Shown here in pieces: positions 1 through 13,181 of a DNA stretch of 60,000 bases (the stretch's first letter is position 1; each line of letters begins with the position of its first letter). The stretch comes from Callorhinchus milii (Eukaryota). Under the pieces are notes generated by a model. It was not told the origin of the DNA, ran no database searches, and saw only the letters and a program-made list of their open reading frames with translations. The stretch is taken from positions 104,720,001 to 104,780,000 of the forward strand of contig NW_024704743.1 in assembly GCF_018977255.1 (NCBI RefSeq), read 5' to 3'. The translations under genes and the position numbers were made by a program.

Positions 1-345
1 GTGTTCCAGAGTTTTGGGGCGTAGTGGCTGAAGGTGCGACCACCAATGGTGAGGCAGAGGGTGCGAGGGACGGGCAGGAGGCCAGTGCCAGTTGAGCGGA
101 GGCACTAGGTGGTGGATTGGAAAGTGAGGAGGTTGGAGAGGTAGGGAGGTGCCAGAGAGTGAAGGGATTTGAACACGAGTGTGAGGATCTTGAAGTCGAT
201 CCGTTTGGTGATGGGGAGCCAGTGGAGCCTGGCCAGAGCTGGTGAGATGTGGGTACAGAGTTTGGTCCGGCAGAGTTCTGAATGAGCTGAATCTTTTGAA
301 TAGTGGAGCTGGGGAGACCAGCGTGGAGTGCGTTTGAGTAATCCA
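1..345 (-). mobile_element. L2 LINE ORF2 C-terminal fragment
   Basis: HISPALARLHWLPITKRIDFKILTLVFKSLHSLAPPYLSNLL, the typical L2 ORF2 C-terminus. Confidence 0.85.
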
Positions 346-821
346 GGTGGCTGGTGACAAACGGATGCACAAAATGCTTTGAAATTCACGCATACTGTAC
401 TCACTGGATAACTCTTGTGAATTAACTTAAGAACTTTTAAAACTTTCCAGCACTTTTGAGGAATGTAGGTAATTATAAACTGGGCAGTTTGCGGTGTTTC
501 CTAACTATCGCCAAAGATGTTGCCCATTAGGTGGCAGCACACTCCTACTTGTGCATTTTCTTTCAATTTATAATGATGGAGCCCACTATCTTTGACATTA
601 GTTTGGTGATGGTAAGTATAATTGTAAATTATGTGGCCTAGACTGGCTTTTATATTTTGGTTTGTTTACAATCTATTTTCCAAGGTAGATCTGCTGAGAA
701 GGGGCAAAATACATCCTATCACCAACCAATCTATTGATGGGGTGGACTCAGTCCGAGGTCTTGATCCGTAAACACTTAATTTTGAGTTGGGGAGATCACC
801 CTTCCTTATGAAAATAACTGT

Positions 822-1216
822 TGTGTCAGCCTGGCTCAATTTGTAGCACTCTCAAAAGGTTCTGGGTTCAAGTCCTACATCAAAAGTTTGAGCTCACAAG
901 ATCTAGGCTGACACTCCATTACAATGCTGAGGGAGCACTGCACTTATTGTCATAAGTGCTGTCCTTCAAATACGACTATAAACCGAGCTCTTGTCTGTCC
1001 CTGGTCACGTGTATGCTAAAGATCCAAAGTCACTATTCAAAAAGTGATGGGAGTTTCTCCTGGTGTCCTGGTCATTCACTTCAAAGCTGTTTGTGGGACA
1101 TTGGACAAATTGGCTACTGTGTTTGCCTCCAAATAAATCGTCATTAAACTTTGTAGTGAATCACTTTGAGGAATTTTGACAATGTAATCATCATCAAATG
1201 CAAGGATTATTATTAT
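822..1216 (+). mobile_element. Deu-domain SINE (SacSINE1/AmnSINE1-like), old copy
   Basis: tRNA-like head, then TAGGCTGACACTCC...GAGGGAGCACTGCAC...AAACCGAG...AAAGATCC...GGGAGTTTCTCCTGGTGTCCTGG, then L2-like tail with (TTA)n. Confidence 0.75.
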
Positions 1217-2109
1217 TCCGGAATATAAAGTAATTTAGAAGCTGCTCTATGGGCTTTGATTTACAATCACACTTGTCACTGCTTCAGTAATATCAAAGAT
1301 GGTGGAAACTGGGATTTAGAAAGGAAGTGATAACCTAGTGAGAGTGATGTTCTGCTAACTAGCGAGTGACAACTGAGAAACACCATAAACTTTATTCCAT
1401 TGCTTCTAAAACCATGTTGGCTGCAATTGTGAACTCCATGATCTTCGAAACAAATGTGATGCCATCATGCAGAATGGTCTCAACTATGTTCCTATATTCT
1501 CATTATTAATATTGATTTGTCTATAATTCACTGATTCAGGTCCTATGTAGACTTGCAATAATACAAGATATTATGCTGTCCACCCCCACCCACCCCCTTC
1601 CCCCAACTGTGTTTATGTAATTCTTGAAAATATTAACCATGGCCTTCCCTACTTCCTCACTCATTTCCTTAAGGATTGCAGAATTTATCCCATCCGGTGA
1701 GAGGTCTCCAATTTTTATTCATTACTCATACATATATATGCCTTCCTGATCTCTACATATGTTATAGATTTCTGAGACAATTTGACTAGATCTGGAATAT
1801 TGCCAAACTCTTCATTTTTGGAGACTGATAGAAAAAATAATTTAACACATCTGTGATTTCCTGATTCCCTGCATAATATTTTCTACTCAGCCTATCCCTT
1901 AAAGACCTTATTCAGTTTAAACACTCTTTGAGGTCTCTCACATGCTGCTTGTTAAAATAGCAAACTTGTCGTTACTTGTTTACAATGGGGAATCCTGATG
2001 TCTTCAATTTTTCTATTCTTTTTAATTCTCATCCAATACAGTGCAAGACAAATGTACATTTATATAAAATATTTCATATCAGAGGAAAGCGCTTAACAAC
2101 CCTGGTTTG

Positions 2110-2530
2110 GCACCTAAATGGTGTGGGGAGTAAAATTTGCAACCCTCCAGTCCTCTGGCACCACCCCGATTGAAAGATTGTGGCCAGAGCCTCCGCTATT
2201 TCCGCTTACTTCCCTCAGTAACCTGGGATTGCATCCTGTCTGGATGGTGTGACTTATATACCTTGAGCACCGTCAATCTTTTTGGTTTATTCTTATCTTA
2301 TCCAATTTCTCTACCATCTCCTCCGATTACTGTGGCATTGGTTGCATCCTCTTCTTTTGTGAAGACAGATGCAAAGTACTCATTCAGTATGTCATCCATG
2401 CCTTCTGCCTCAACAAAAAGATTTCCTCTTTGGTCCCTAATTTGCCCCACCCTACCTTTGACTAACCTTTTATTCTTTAGATGTTCATAAAATACCTTAG
2501 GGTTCCCTTTTATGTTACCTGCTTTTATAT
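2110..2530 (-). mobile_element. CR1 LINE ORF2 fragment (tether region)
   Basis: IKGNPKVFYEHLKNKRLVKGRVGQIRDQRGNL...DILNEYFASVFTKE. Confidence 0.85.
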
Positions 2531-2989
2531 TACTGGATGACAACAGGTAAGGCATACTATTACTTTTCTTCATTTATTAACACTGCATATATGTTTTGTG
2601 CCATTCAACATTTTTCTCCCCCAGAGAAGTGATTTTCTTCCTTCAGAGGTGTGGGTTATTTTTGGTCTAAATCCATATGGACTTTCTTATTATTATTATT
2701 ATAGACTGGACTTGATTAGTTTATACCTTAATTGTATGCAGCTTCACAAACTCTGGGAAATAAATGTACTCAGTGGGGTTATCCCTTCAAAGAAAAATAA
2801 ATTAAAAACTTTTTAAAAAATGTGGTCAGTCTATCCATGATTATGTGTGGGACACTGCTGTGCGCAATCGGCTATCGTGTTTTGCCCACAAAATAAACAG
2901 TCAATTCACTTGTCAATACATTCTGTGAAGCACTTTGAGATGTCTCAAAAACATGATAAGGCTCTATATCAAATGCAGGCATTATTTGT

Positions 2990-3307
2990 GGAGTCCTGTA
3001 GCTCAGTGGTTAGAGCATTCGCTTTGCAAGCGAGAGACCTGAGTTCAATTCCAGGCAGGGCGAAACCTTGGGCAAGTTTCCTTACTCCACACGTCTAATA
3101 ATAATCCCTCCAAAAACCAAAAACAATAATAAATTGGTCATTTTCAATCTACGACTGTTTGTGGGATATTGCTGTGCGCAATTGGCTGCCGCGTTCGCCC
3201 ACAAATATACAGTCAATTCACGTTACAGTGTATTCTGTGAAGCGCTTTGGGACATCCTCCTGATGTGAAAAGCGCTATAGCAAATGCAAGGATTATTATT
3301 ATTATTG
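2990..3307 (+). mobile_element. Young tRNA-Ala(TGC)-derived SINE, full length, inserted at the tail of an older SINE 3' fragment (~2815-2987)
   Basis: GGAGTCCTGTAGCTCAGTGGTTAGAGC (A box), CTTTGCAAG anticodon loop, GAGTTCAATTCC (B box), L2-like tail, (TTA)n; high identity to the copies at 31039 and 46853. Confidence 0.9.
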
Positions 3308-3656
3308 TTTATTATTTTTAAGTTCATTGTAATGTGGATCTAGTGCATCGCCTGAGGAGGGTATTTGTCACGTTACTTTAAGAAAATGTATTCATACCAA
3401 GAGCACAGCCTACACGTTAGCAAGTCTCAGGTCAGTTTGGATTCAGCTTGAGACAATGTGAACATTTAACACAGACATGTCTGAATAAGTATTGTACTGC
3501 GGAGTGTGAGTCATGCTTACTTTATTCTGCAATGTCAGAAGCAAAGGCTTTAAAAGAAAAAACATAAAATCAAAACTTTGCAACCTCTCTGAGGCTCAAA
3601 GGAAAACCAGCTCATAACTGGAACAAAACAGTTGCTGCATTTTCCATCTAACCTTC

Positions 3657-4995
3657 AACAGCAATAACAACTTGGATTTATATAGCGCCCTCCACGCCGG
3701 ACGGCATCTCAGAGCGCTTCACAGTAACGGATCCCAGGAATGAGCCAGGGGGAGGGGGAGGAAGGTGACCAAAGGCGCTGTCGAATAGAAAGGTCTTCAG
3801 CAGAGACCTAAAAATGGGAAGGGAGTGAGCGAGGTGAAGGGAGTGAGGAAGGCAGTTCCAGAGCCTCGAGGCATAGCCTGAAGGCATAGCCGCCGAGGGT
3901 GGAGCGGAGGACTTGGGGGACGAGGAGGAGGCCAGACCCGGAGGAATGAAAGCAACGAGTACTGTTTTGAGGAGAGAGGAGGTCAGAGAGGTAGGGTGGT
4001 GCAGAGGAGTGCAGGGACTTGAATACAAGGGTGAGGATCTTGAAATCGATCCTCTCTGGGATAGGCAGTTTTGTGCGGGTGAGAATGCGGGCAGCAGAGT
4101 TTTGAATGATTTGGATTTTATGGATGGTAGTGGATGAGAGACCGGCGAGGAGAGCATTAGAGTAGTCCAGCCAAGAAGTGACAAAGGCATGGACCAGGGT
4201 TTCAGCAGCTTTTTGGGAGAGGTATTGACAGAGATGGGCTGTCGGAGGTGGTAGAAGGCGATGCTGGTGAGGGACAGGATGTGGGGGAGGAAGGATAATT
4301 GGGGGTCGACCCTGACCCCTAGGTTGCGTACGGGTTCGGAGAGTTTTAGGGGGAGGTCGGGTAGGGGAAGGAGGTGAGAGCCTTGAGATTTTAGAAGTTG
4401 ACGAGAGCCAAAGAGTATGGCTTCTGTCTTGTCAATGTTCAGCTGAAGGAAGTTTGCGCTCATCCAGCCCCTGAGATCTGACAGGCAGGCTGACAGAACA
4501 TCAGGGGACTGGGGGTCGCAAAGAGAGGTGGAAAAATAGAGTTGGGTGTCATCTGCACACGTGTGGAAATGTACCACATGTCTACGGATGACATCCCCAA
4601 GAGGGAGCATGTAGATCAGAAAGAGGAGGGGGCCAAGGATGGATCCTTGGGGTACCCCGCAGGTGACCGAGGTTAGAGCGGGAGGAGAAGCCGTTTGTGC
4701 AGATGTACTGCTGGCAGTTTATGAGGTAGGACTCGAACCAGGTGAGCGCGGTCCCACTGAGGAGGATGACGGATGAAAGGTGGTGGAGGAGGATGGCGTG
4801 ATCGACTGTGTCGAACGCGGCGGAGAGGTCCAGGAGGACAAGGAGGCAGAGGGAGCCCTGGTCACAGATAGAGAGGATGTCGTTTGTGACTTTCACATGC
4901 GCAGTCTCTGTACTGTGGGCATGGTGGAAACCGGATTGGAGGGGTTCGAAAAGGGAGTGGGAATCCGGAGGAGAGGGATTGGTTGATATTGTCAA
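3657..4995 (-). mobile_element. L2 LINE, 5'-truncated, degenerate RT domain plus 3' end
   Basis: LLVLLDLSAAFDTVDH, FHTCADDTQLY (YADD decayed), NFLQLNIDKTEAILFG; frameshifted; ends in stem-loop and (TTG)-rich tail. Confidence 0.93.
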
Positions 4996-5189
4996 GTAAG
5001 TAGAGTTTCTGAAAAAAATAGAGAAACTGTATATTTTCTTTTCATTTTGCCCACAAAATACAGTCATGTACTTTATGGTATATCCTTTGAAGCACTTTGA
5101 GATGTCTCAATAATGTGAAAGTTGCTGTATCAAATGCTTGTTATTATATCTTAAAGTATATCAAAATTGATTATCATTATTATATCTTA

Positions 5190-5381
5190 GCCTGCAAGAG
5201 CATTTTGTCTTAATGTTTAAAATCATGCATAAGTATGTAAAATTCTTAAATACAGTCTTTATTTGGAATCTGGTCTTTCACAATTCTGGAAAAACAACCA
5301 AAGTCGAAATTAAGACTGTATTTAAGAATTTTCCACAACTCTGGGCAATCTTGGATTTTAAGTCAAAATGCTCTTATAGGC
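5190..5381. mobile_element. Palindromic AT-rich MITE-like element
   Basis: Terminal IR GCCTGCAAGAGCATTTTGTCTTAA / TTAAGTCAAAATGCTCTTATAGGC and a perfect inner 21-bp IR (5239-5259 / 5312-5332). Confidence 0.7.
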
Positions 5382-5389
5382 AGAGTGGG

Positions 5390-5696
5390 ATTATAATAAA
5401 CAATCCTTGCATTTGATATAGTGGTTTTCATGTCTTCTAGACATCTCAAAGTGCTTCACAGAATATACTGTAAAATGAATTGACTGTATATTTGTGGGCA
5501 AAAAGCGCAGTCAATTGCGCACAGCCGTGTCCCACAAATATTCGTGGATTGAATGAACAAATTGTTATTTTCTTCTTGAGGGATTATTATCAGATGTGTG
5601 GAGTAAGGAAACTTGCCCAAGGTTTCGCCCTGCCGGAAGTCGAGCCCAGGTCTCACTCGTGAGGTGAGTGCTCTAAGCACTGAGCTACAGGACTCC
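5390..5696 (-). mobile_element. tRNA-Ala-derived SINE, more diverged copy
   Basis: Reverse complement begins GGAGTCCTGTAGCTCAGTGCTTAGAGC and contains GGGCGAAACCTTGGGCAAGTTTCCTTACTCCAC and the shared tail. Confidence 0.88.
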
Positions 5697-8419
5697 TCAC
5701 TGGGTCCTGGAGACCTTGTCTGAATGGAAAACAGGACTTACTCCCCAAACCGACCAAGTATCTCAAACTGCAAGCTCACAGTCATTAAACATTAAAAGGC
5801 TAGCTAATAAAATCTGAATTTGTCTGAGTTTAAAAGGTTTAAATAAGACTGTTAAAGGAGAAAGAAACCCAAAGAAATTATTGAGGAAGGTGTGGCTAAT
5901 ATGGGATGGCAGCCATAGTAAATAATAGGTTTTTTTAAACTGCCACATTACACATTAAAGCAACTATTCATTCTGAATACTAACCATACATTAGCTTTTT
6001 GAGGACGGGACATGCATTTGAATGAATTTTAACTTTCCAGTCCTCAAAACAGAATTTCCTAAGCAAAGCCCTGTGTGAAAGGGAGGGAGGGTGACTCACA
6101 GAATGCTATCTGCTCTTACAGGCTCCAAGTGCTCTGAGATGCCATCCAGCGTGAAGGGTGCCATATAATTGCAAGTTGTTGTTGTTGTTCTACCGGAACC
6201 CAAGAGCACTGAACATGGGGCAGAAGACCATAGGATTCACCGGGAAACTCAGCCACATAGCTCTGAAGACTCAGGAACAACACTCACTCTCTGGAACTTG
6301 TTGCAAAATCTCTCCACTTATTCCCTTTCCGCTTTTTGAACCCTTCTAAAAATCTACCTATTAGAATGCCGCTTTGGGTCACTTCCCTTCTCTATGTTCC
6401 CCCCAGTTCAGGCTTAGAGTGCACTTTAGGTTGCTATCTGATGTGAAAGTTGTTATATAAGTTACAAGCTACTTTCGCTCATTCAAATTGAAGTATAGAT
6501 CTAAAAAGTATCTTAATCATTGCCTATTTTCGATTTTGTGCTTGTCAGAAAGTGGAACCTGAAATCCTGAGAGTGATCCAATGTTTCTTATAACACTTGT
6601 GCGGGGAAATGGAAAAATAGGAGAAAATAGTGAAACAGAAAAAAGGAACACTCATCAGTTGCCCCCAAACACACAAAATCCTGGCATCTAATCTAACAGA
6701 GTGTTTGAAATGGTGTTTTGGCAGTTTTACTCTTTATTGCTCCAGCAACCTGCTGACAAAACAGTTTCTTCCCATAAAGGAAACATCAGCTCAATAGGGG
6801 AGCTTGTAAAATCCCTGAAGTGCAACATAAATGGTATCTAAATATCTCAGTTTTGTAGAGAGTGGAAGCCAGGCATGCATGCAAACTACTGGAATTGTCC
6901 TTTCATCCACGGGCACACTGTGTGGATATTGAAACATTGAAACGTCAGTGCTTGAAAAACAAACAGGAGCAAAGATTTTAGGGTTACTCAGTTCATTTAA
7001 GTCTGCGGGTTGGAAAAGTTAACAATCTTGTTGGTTTGGGTTATAATGAGGGAATCCCATTTCTGCCAATGATGGTAACTTTATTAACCAATGGAAATGT
7101 GCAGCAAAGCTATTTACTTTGCTATTTCGTTTCAGTATTGAATTCTCGTGTTGGGAAATTGAATCCCAGTTCACGATTGAGATCTGCATTCCCCCCCATC
7201 TCCCTTCCAGGGAGAGTATATTTTCTGGATAACAGGTAGATTATTGGAATAAGGGAGAAAATATTCCCAGTAAATAGATTCTTTGTGTGTTTTGCAAGTG
7301 TAACTCTTTACAAATTGGTCAATGAAAGAAATGCAAAGTTAGAAATCATTCACATCTGGTCAGACAATAAAATTGGGGTGAGGGAAGGGAAATAAAATAT
7401 AAAGTATCAGGCTATTTATTTAGTTAGTTCTTTATCTGATCTATGCTTTATAATGGTGAGCTGGCATCAACTAGCTGAGTAAATGTGAGATCTACAATGC
7501 ATTGATTACATAAAAATAATAATTTGTCAAGCATTTTTACTTTTTTTTATATCAAGGTAGATCTTTTAATCTCATTTCCGTGCTTTCCATTTTTTCTCCA
7601 TACACCCATCACACCATAATAATCCTTAGATTTTGAAAATAACGCCTGATCATATTGTCAAAAAGTCTCAAAATGCTTCATAGGATTTACTATGAATCAT
7701 GGTGTAGTGACTATTTTTGTGGACAAACAGCACCAAATTTGAGCACAGCAATGTCCCACAAACAGCAATGAAGTGAATGACCAATTTTTGTTTGAAGAAT
7801 TATTAGCCACGTCACCGGGAGAAACTCCCTTCTCTTTTTGAACAACATAGAATCCTTAACATCCTGAACAGGCAGATGGGACCTACCTTAACGTCTGATC
7901 TGAAGGACTTTCTAGGGTTGTAGGTTCATACCTTGTGCCTCCAACTGAGTCAGGCTAACACCCATATTATTATTTCCCAAGTACCTATGTCCCTTTTAAA
8001 TATCCCAATAGATTCTGCATCTGCAGCCTTCTGAAGTAGTAGATTCCATATTCTTCAAACCTCATTTTATGAAGAAACAACAGTTAAGAAATCCTATTGA
8101 GAAATATTCCACTTATGATTTTCTGATAAATATACAACATAGAAGTGAACCAAGACTTGCAGGTACCACAAATACCAGCAGAAATTTAAAAGTCAAGCTG
8201 CCTTTTGAAAGCATGCCAGATCTTACACACCGTTGCTTTAACACATAATAACACATACATGTACTGGAAACAAGCAGCATGTGAATGAAGTGTTAGACCG
8301 TATCAAATAATACTTTTGACACAAAGTTCTGAGTTTTTCCAGTTAGACCCCTAGAAAGTATGCTGCTTATAAAGGTCAATTTGGGGGTCCTGTGGCAATA
8401 GTAGGCAGTGCCAGCCAAA

Positions 8420-8835
8420 TAAATAGCTTAGTGAAAGCACTGTAGTCTCCAAATCAGAAGGTTGTGGTTGTCGGTTCAAACCCCACATCTGAACTTGGAA
8501 TCACATAGGTTAAGTTAACACTCCAATGCCGTTCTGACGTTAAACTGAGGTCCCGTCTGCCTGTTCAGGTGGGCGTTAAAGATCCTATGGTACTATTCGC
8601 AAAGAGAAGGGAGTTTCTCCAGGTGTTCTGGCCAACAATCCCCCAAACAACATTGGTAATTTATTTTATGGTTTGCTTATGGGACACTGCTGTGTGCAAA
8701 ATAGCCGCCACGTTTCACCCATAAAAAACAGAGTCAATCCAATCCACTTTACAGTATATTCTGTGACGCACTTTGAGACACCTCGATGACGTGGTAAAGT
8801 GCAATATCAAATGAAAGGATTATTATTAATATTAT
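8420..8835 (+). mobile_element. Deu-domain SINE
   Basis: GACGTTAAACTGAGGTCCCGTCTGCCTGTTCAGGTGGGCGTTAAAGATCCTATGGTACTATTC Deu core plus tail. Confidence 0.8.
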
Positions 8836-9351
8836 TATACGCAATCATTAGGTTTTACTGCTTTGTGGCACATTTGCTATCATTACTTTTTCTTTGGTTG
8901 TATTTGCCAATTGTAGTTCATCTAAGCAAACAACATGTCTCACACAAGGAAGCACTTACCTTATTGAAACAGCAAGCCCATATTATGGGTATTTATTGCT
9001 TACGTTAATCTGAACATTATGGGCAGGTGCAAAGAGCACAAGCCAAATTATATGCTTTGTTCACAGGGTTATATAAAATTGTATATTAGGTTTTAAACAA
9101 GACAGAAAAATAATGGACTAGTAGAACTAGGGTAAAATATCCTAAAGTTGGAGTTCAGTTAGAGTGAAAAGTAAGCCAAACACTAGTTGAGTTCCTGTGT
9201 GACAGTACTTTTCTGTATAAAGTTAGAATCTAAACATTCAAGTTGCTGTAGGAATTGCTCTGTGGTCTGAATTTACCAATGTTTGTAGGCTGAATAGTTT
9301 TAAGATTAGTAAGGAATTTTGAAAATAGTCTTGAATTCAATCTTAATTTGT

Positions 9352-9770
9352 GTGTCAGTCTGGCTCTGTTAGGTGGTACTCTCGTTTCTGAGACAGAAGG
9401 TTATGGGTTCATGCCCCATGTCAGGCTTGGAACTCATATAGTCTATGCTACCACTCCAATACAGTGCTAGAGATGTGCTGCATTGTTGTAGATGTTGTTC
9501 TTTGGATGAGATGCTAAACTGAGGTCTTGTCCGCCTGTTAAAGTGGACGTTAAAAGATACCATGATGTTTCTCCCCATGCCCTGCCGAACAATACCCCAA
9601 AATAAAATTATTCATTCACTTCATGACTGTTTGTCAGACATTGCTCTGCGCAAATTGGCTGCCATGTTTGCCCACAAGGTAGTCAGTCACTCCATTTTGC
9701 AGTGTACCTTGTAAAGCTCTTTGAGACGTGTATAATGGTATATATAGCATGAAACTATTAATAATAATAT
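9352..9770 (+). mobile_element. Deu-domain SINE
   Basis: GTGTCAGTCTGGCTC head, GGATGAGATGCTAAACTGAGGTCTTGTCCGCCTG...GTGGACGTTAAAGATACCATG core. Confidence 0.78.
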
Positions 9771-11617
9771 AATTTGGAAATAGATTTCTTGCGGTTCCCA
9801 ATTTACAATTTACCTCAATTTACAATGAGATATTAACCCGTTCACCAAAGGGGAGAAAACAGAAATAAAAATTAACAAGCCAAAGTCTTGGATATTGTTG
9901 AATTATACTTCAATTTGATTTTGTTCCTTATTGCACTGAAATGTTTCTACATGGTTCATAGAGGTGTCACTAAAGTATTGTATTCGTCAATGAATGCAGT
10001 AGCCAATTTGTACACAGCAAATGACCCACAAACAGGCCCTGAAGTGAACACCCGATTGTTTTATTTAAGAGATTGTTGGCTGGGACATCAGGAGAGATTC
10101 CCTTCAGTGGTCACTTTTGAGTCTGTATGGTGGACCATCCATCATGATAACAGTTCAAAGGCATATGATTCAGTCTGTCGTCTGTAGGAATTAAAGAGTT
10201 TATGGTCCCAATTGTGAGATTTACAAAAGAATTTGCAATCAAGGAATCCCAGTGGAAATTGAGTTGAGCGTTCAAGGGGAATTTGAGAGGATAAATTTGC
10301 GACCCAGTATTTGCTATTTACAAATCTTTTTGATGAATCTCCCAATGAATCTGACAAGGAAAGAGTCAGTTAACATGTGGCAAAACCTAAAGATTAATGC
10401 AGCTGGTGACAGGAGGCTCTGCCATATTTTGTGGAACTAATTTATGTACAAATATCAAACAGATTGAAAATGTTGACACACACCTAAATCTGCTGCAAAT
10501 AGAAAGTGTTAAAAGAATGTAATAGATATGTTCTTGCCTGTTTTCCAATACCAAAAGTACTTAAGTCTGAAAAAAATCTTGCACAAAATTACACTTCTAC
10601 TTTCTACTGGCTTTGTCTAGTGGAATCAATCATTGCTCCTGTGACTTGTCACATACAGTAAAATGTGCCACTAATAAACTTAGTGATATGCCACAGAGAC
10701 GATACCAATCAGATGTGCACAATACTCATTTGAATGTAATTGTATTAAAATTTGTAATTTGTTGCAGAATCACATTGGGAATCATTTCACTCTTAATTCA
10801 GAACAAATGTCATTGCTTCAATCTCCTCCTTCCAACTTTTGAAGTGCAAATAGGGATGAAGTGTAAACCATGCCTGCGCTGAATTAGATGGAGTATCCAG
10901 TTTACCAAATGTGCTCATGGGGACGGAAACTTGTGGTGTAGTAAACTAGATGCAGTTGTGCAGTGCTGTAATTATGCTGGGCATACTGTGGGCATGCGGT
11001 CAGTTCTGTAAGTTATTATACGCTTCACTGCTACAGGTTTTTAAGCGTGTCGTTTTCTATTACAAAGGGCTTACCACTGATCCTGTCAGCAAAACCTTGT
11101 CCATTACAATCTGGTCAATGTGGTCTGTTTATACCATGCCTAAGGGCTAGCAATTACCTGCTTATAGTAATTTGCTACTGGATTTGATGTGTTTTCATCC
11201 CATATTACTAGAGACTCTCCAAAAGGCAGCTATTACAACACAGGCCATCAGGCCATCAGCGGACAGAAAGTAGTTTTGTTTACATATCAAATTGCTGTAA
11301 AAGAAACACGACACTAGGTAGATACATACTGGCCAAGAAGGATTTAGGTAAAAAATGCAACTGGCTGAAAAATGCCATGTTTGATAACAGATTAGATAAT
11401 GAATGAAGGTGTATCAAATCTGTAGGAAATAATGATTTTTTCCCACTGTATAACTGAAAACTTTCTACGTGAGTGAAATCACCCCACCTCCACCCAACAT
11501 TGGCACAATACTTCCCCTCAAAGCCCCTCAGTGATCTTAATTCCCACTCTCTTAATTCACGCATTAGTAGCTGGGTTGCTATTCCAGACCAGGGAGCTGC
11601 TGTTTCGGTATCACACT

Positions 11618-11659
11618 GTTGCTTCTCAGCCTGCCTCTGGCTAAGATCAAGTATAGTAT
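11618..11659 (+). pseudogene. U2 snRNA 5' fragment (about nt 1-39)
   Basis: GCTTCTCAGCCTGCCTCTGGCTAAGATCAAGTATAGTAT vs U2 GCTTCTCGGCCTTTTGGCTAAGATCAAGTGTAGTAT; remainder of U2 absent. Confidence 0.75.
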
Positions 11660-12474
11660 TGGCCATATAGGGAGACCACGATTCAAACATCCCCATGATT
11701 TATTGGAAAGCCATGTCTTCGGGTGTCTATTAGCTGAGATCAGGATAGTAGGGGTTCTGATCTGAGGAGTTTAATGCACCCTCAACAACAACAACACAAT
11801 TACATTTGTGCAGCGCCTTTCACGTTGGGAGGATGTCCCGAGCCGAGCTAGGGGTCACAAAGAGGAGCGGAGAAAGTGGAATACGGATCTTTCTTAAACC
11901 CTTGGTCACCAGTCTCAGGTTGGTCTTGCCCTGGCCAGAGAGGTGCTCCAGGCACGAGACTTGCTCTGAGGTACTACTGTGCATGAAGAATGTTAAATTA
12001 ATGAAAATTGTTGTTGTTTGTGGTTGTGATGCGTGGAATCAGGTCTGTGTCGTCTTTTGACAATTGTGGTGGGGAAATGGATTTAGGTGGAGATATGGGC
12101 TGCCTGAGGGAGCAATCTATGTTCCCTATTGAGGAAATTGTTTCAATTTAATTTGGTCCGGTGGGGGGTAAGTGGGGCAAACTCACTCACCCCCCAAAAA
12201 TCACAGGATACCAGTAACCTATCAAGCTGTCCTAAAATGCCAAGCTCATCGATCAAAAGCAACAGTAGAAACACTGAAATCTTTGGAACCAACCATTGTA
12301 CCTGCCCCCACTCCAGCTTCAGCACAATGTTTGTGCCTGGAGGTTTCAGTTCTGGCATTGTTGTATCTGATCGGGGAGTGAGGCGTTTTGGGATACTGGC
12401 TTAACTCAAGCTGCACTGAAAACCTGAGCGCCGTTTTTTTTCTTCTCTTTTACATTTTTAATCTTTGCTGGATC

Positions 12475-13181
12475 TTCCCTGGAGCCAGTCAAGAATCTTG
12501 GTGACTTGTTCAACCCTCAACTGTCTTTTCTTCCCCACATCCAAGCCATGACCCGCTCTGCCTTCCCTCACCTCCGCAACATCGTCCGACTCCGCCACTA
12601 TCTCACCCCTCAGGCCACTGAAATTCTTGTTCATGCCGTTATCACCTCCAGGCTCGACTATGCAAATGCCCTGCTTGTCGGCCTTCCCAACTCCTCCCTC
12701 CACAGGCTGCAGATAATCCAGAACTCTGCAGCCCGTGTCCTCCCGCACCAATCTCCGTGACCCCATCTCCCCCATTCTCACCCAACTCCATTGGCTCTCT
12801 ATCCTTCAGAGGATCCAGTTCAAGATCCTGGTTCTCACATACAAAGCCCTCCATGGACTCGCCCCACCTCACCTCTGCGACCTCCCAACCCCCTACCAAC
12901 CCGCCTGCTCCCTCCGCTCAGCTGGCTCTGGCCTGCTCTACGTCCTCCAACTCACCCGCCCCACCATTGGCGGGAGAACCTTTAACCACTCTGCCCTCAA
13001 CCTCTGGAATTCCATTCCCCAATCACTCCGCCTCGCCCCCTCCTTAACCTCCTTCAAGTCCCGCCTCAAGACCCTGCTCTTCGACCCAGCTCGGGTCTGA
13101 AATGCTGTACACTATCCAGCGCCTTGGGATGTGCTCCCAATGTGAAAGGCGCTATACAAATGTAATCTTGTTGTTGTTGTT
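12475..13181 (+). mobile_element. L2 LINE 3' fragment with intact 3' end
   Basis: HLRNIVRLRHYLTPQATEILVHAVITSRLDYANALLVGLP, LHWLSILQRIQFKILVLTYKALHGLAP, GCGCCTTGGG...AAAGGCGC stem, (TTG)n. Confidence 0.92.

Noticed and set aside
2990..3062. tRNA-Ala(TGC)-like sequences (also 31039, 46853, 5696) as tRNA genes
   Set aside because: No proper acceptor stem; each continues into the same SINE body and (TTA)n tail
3678..4610. 310-aa ORF as a functional RT gene
   Set aside because: Frameshifted L2 relic, YADD decayed to CADD, internal deletions, no endonuclease domain
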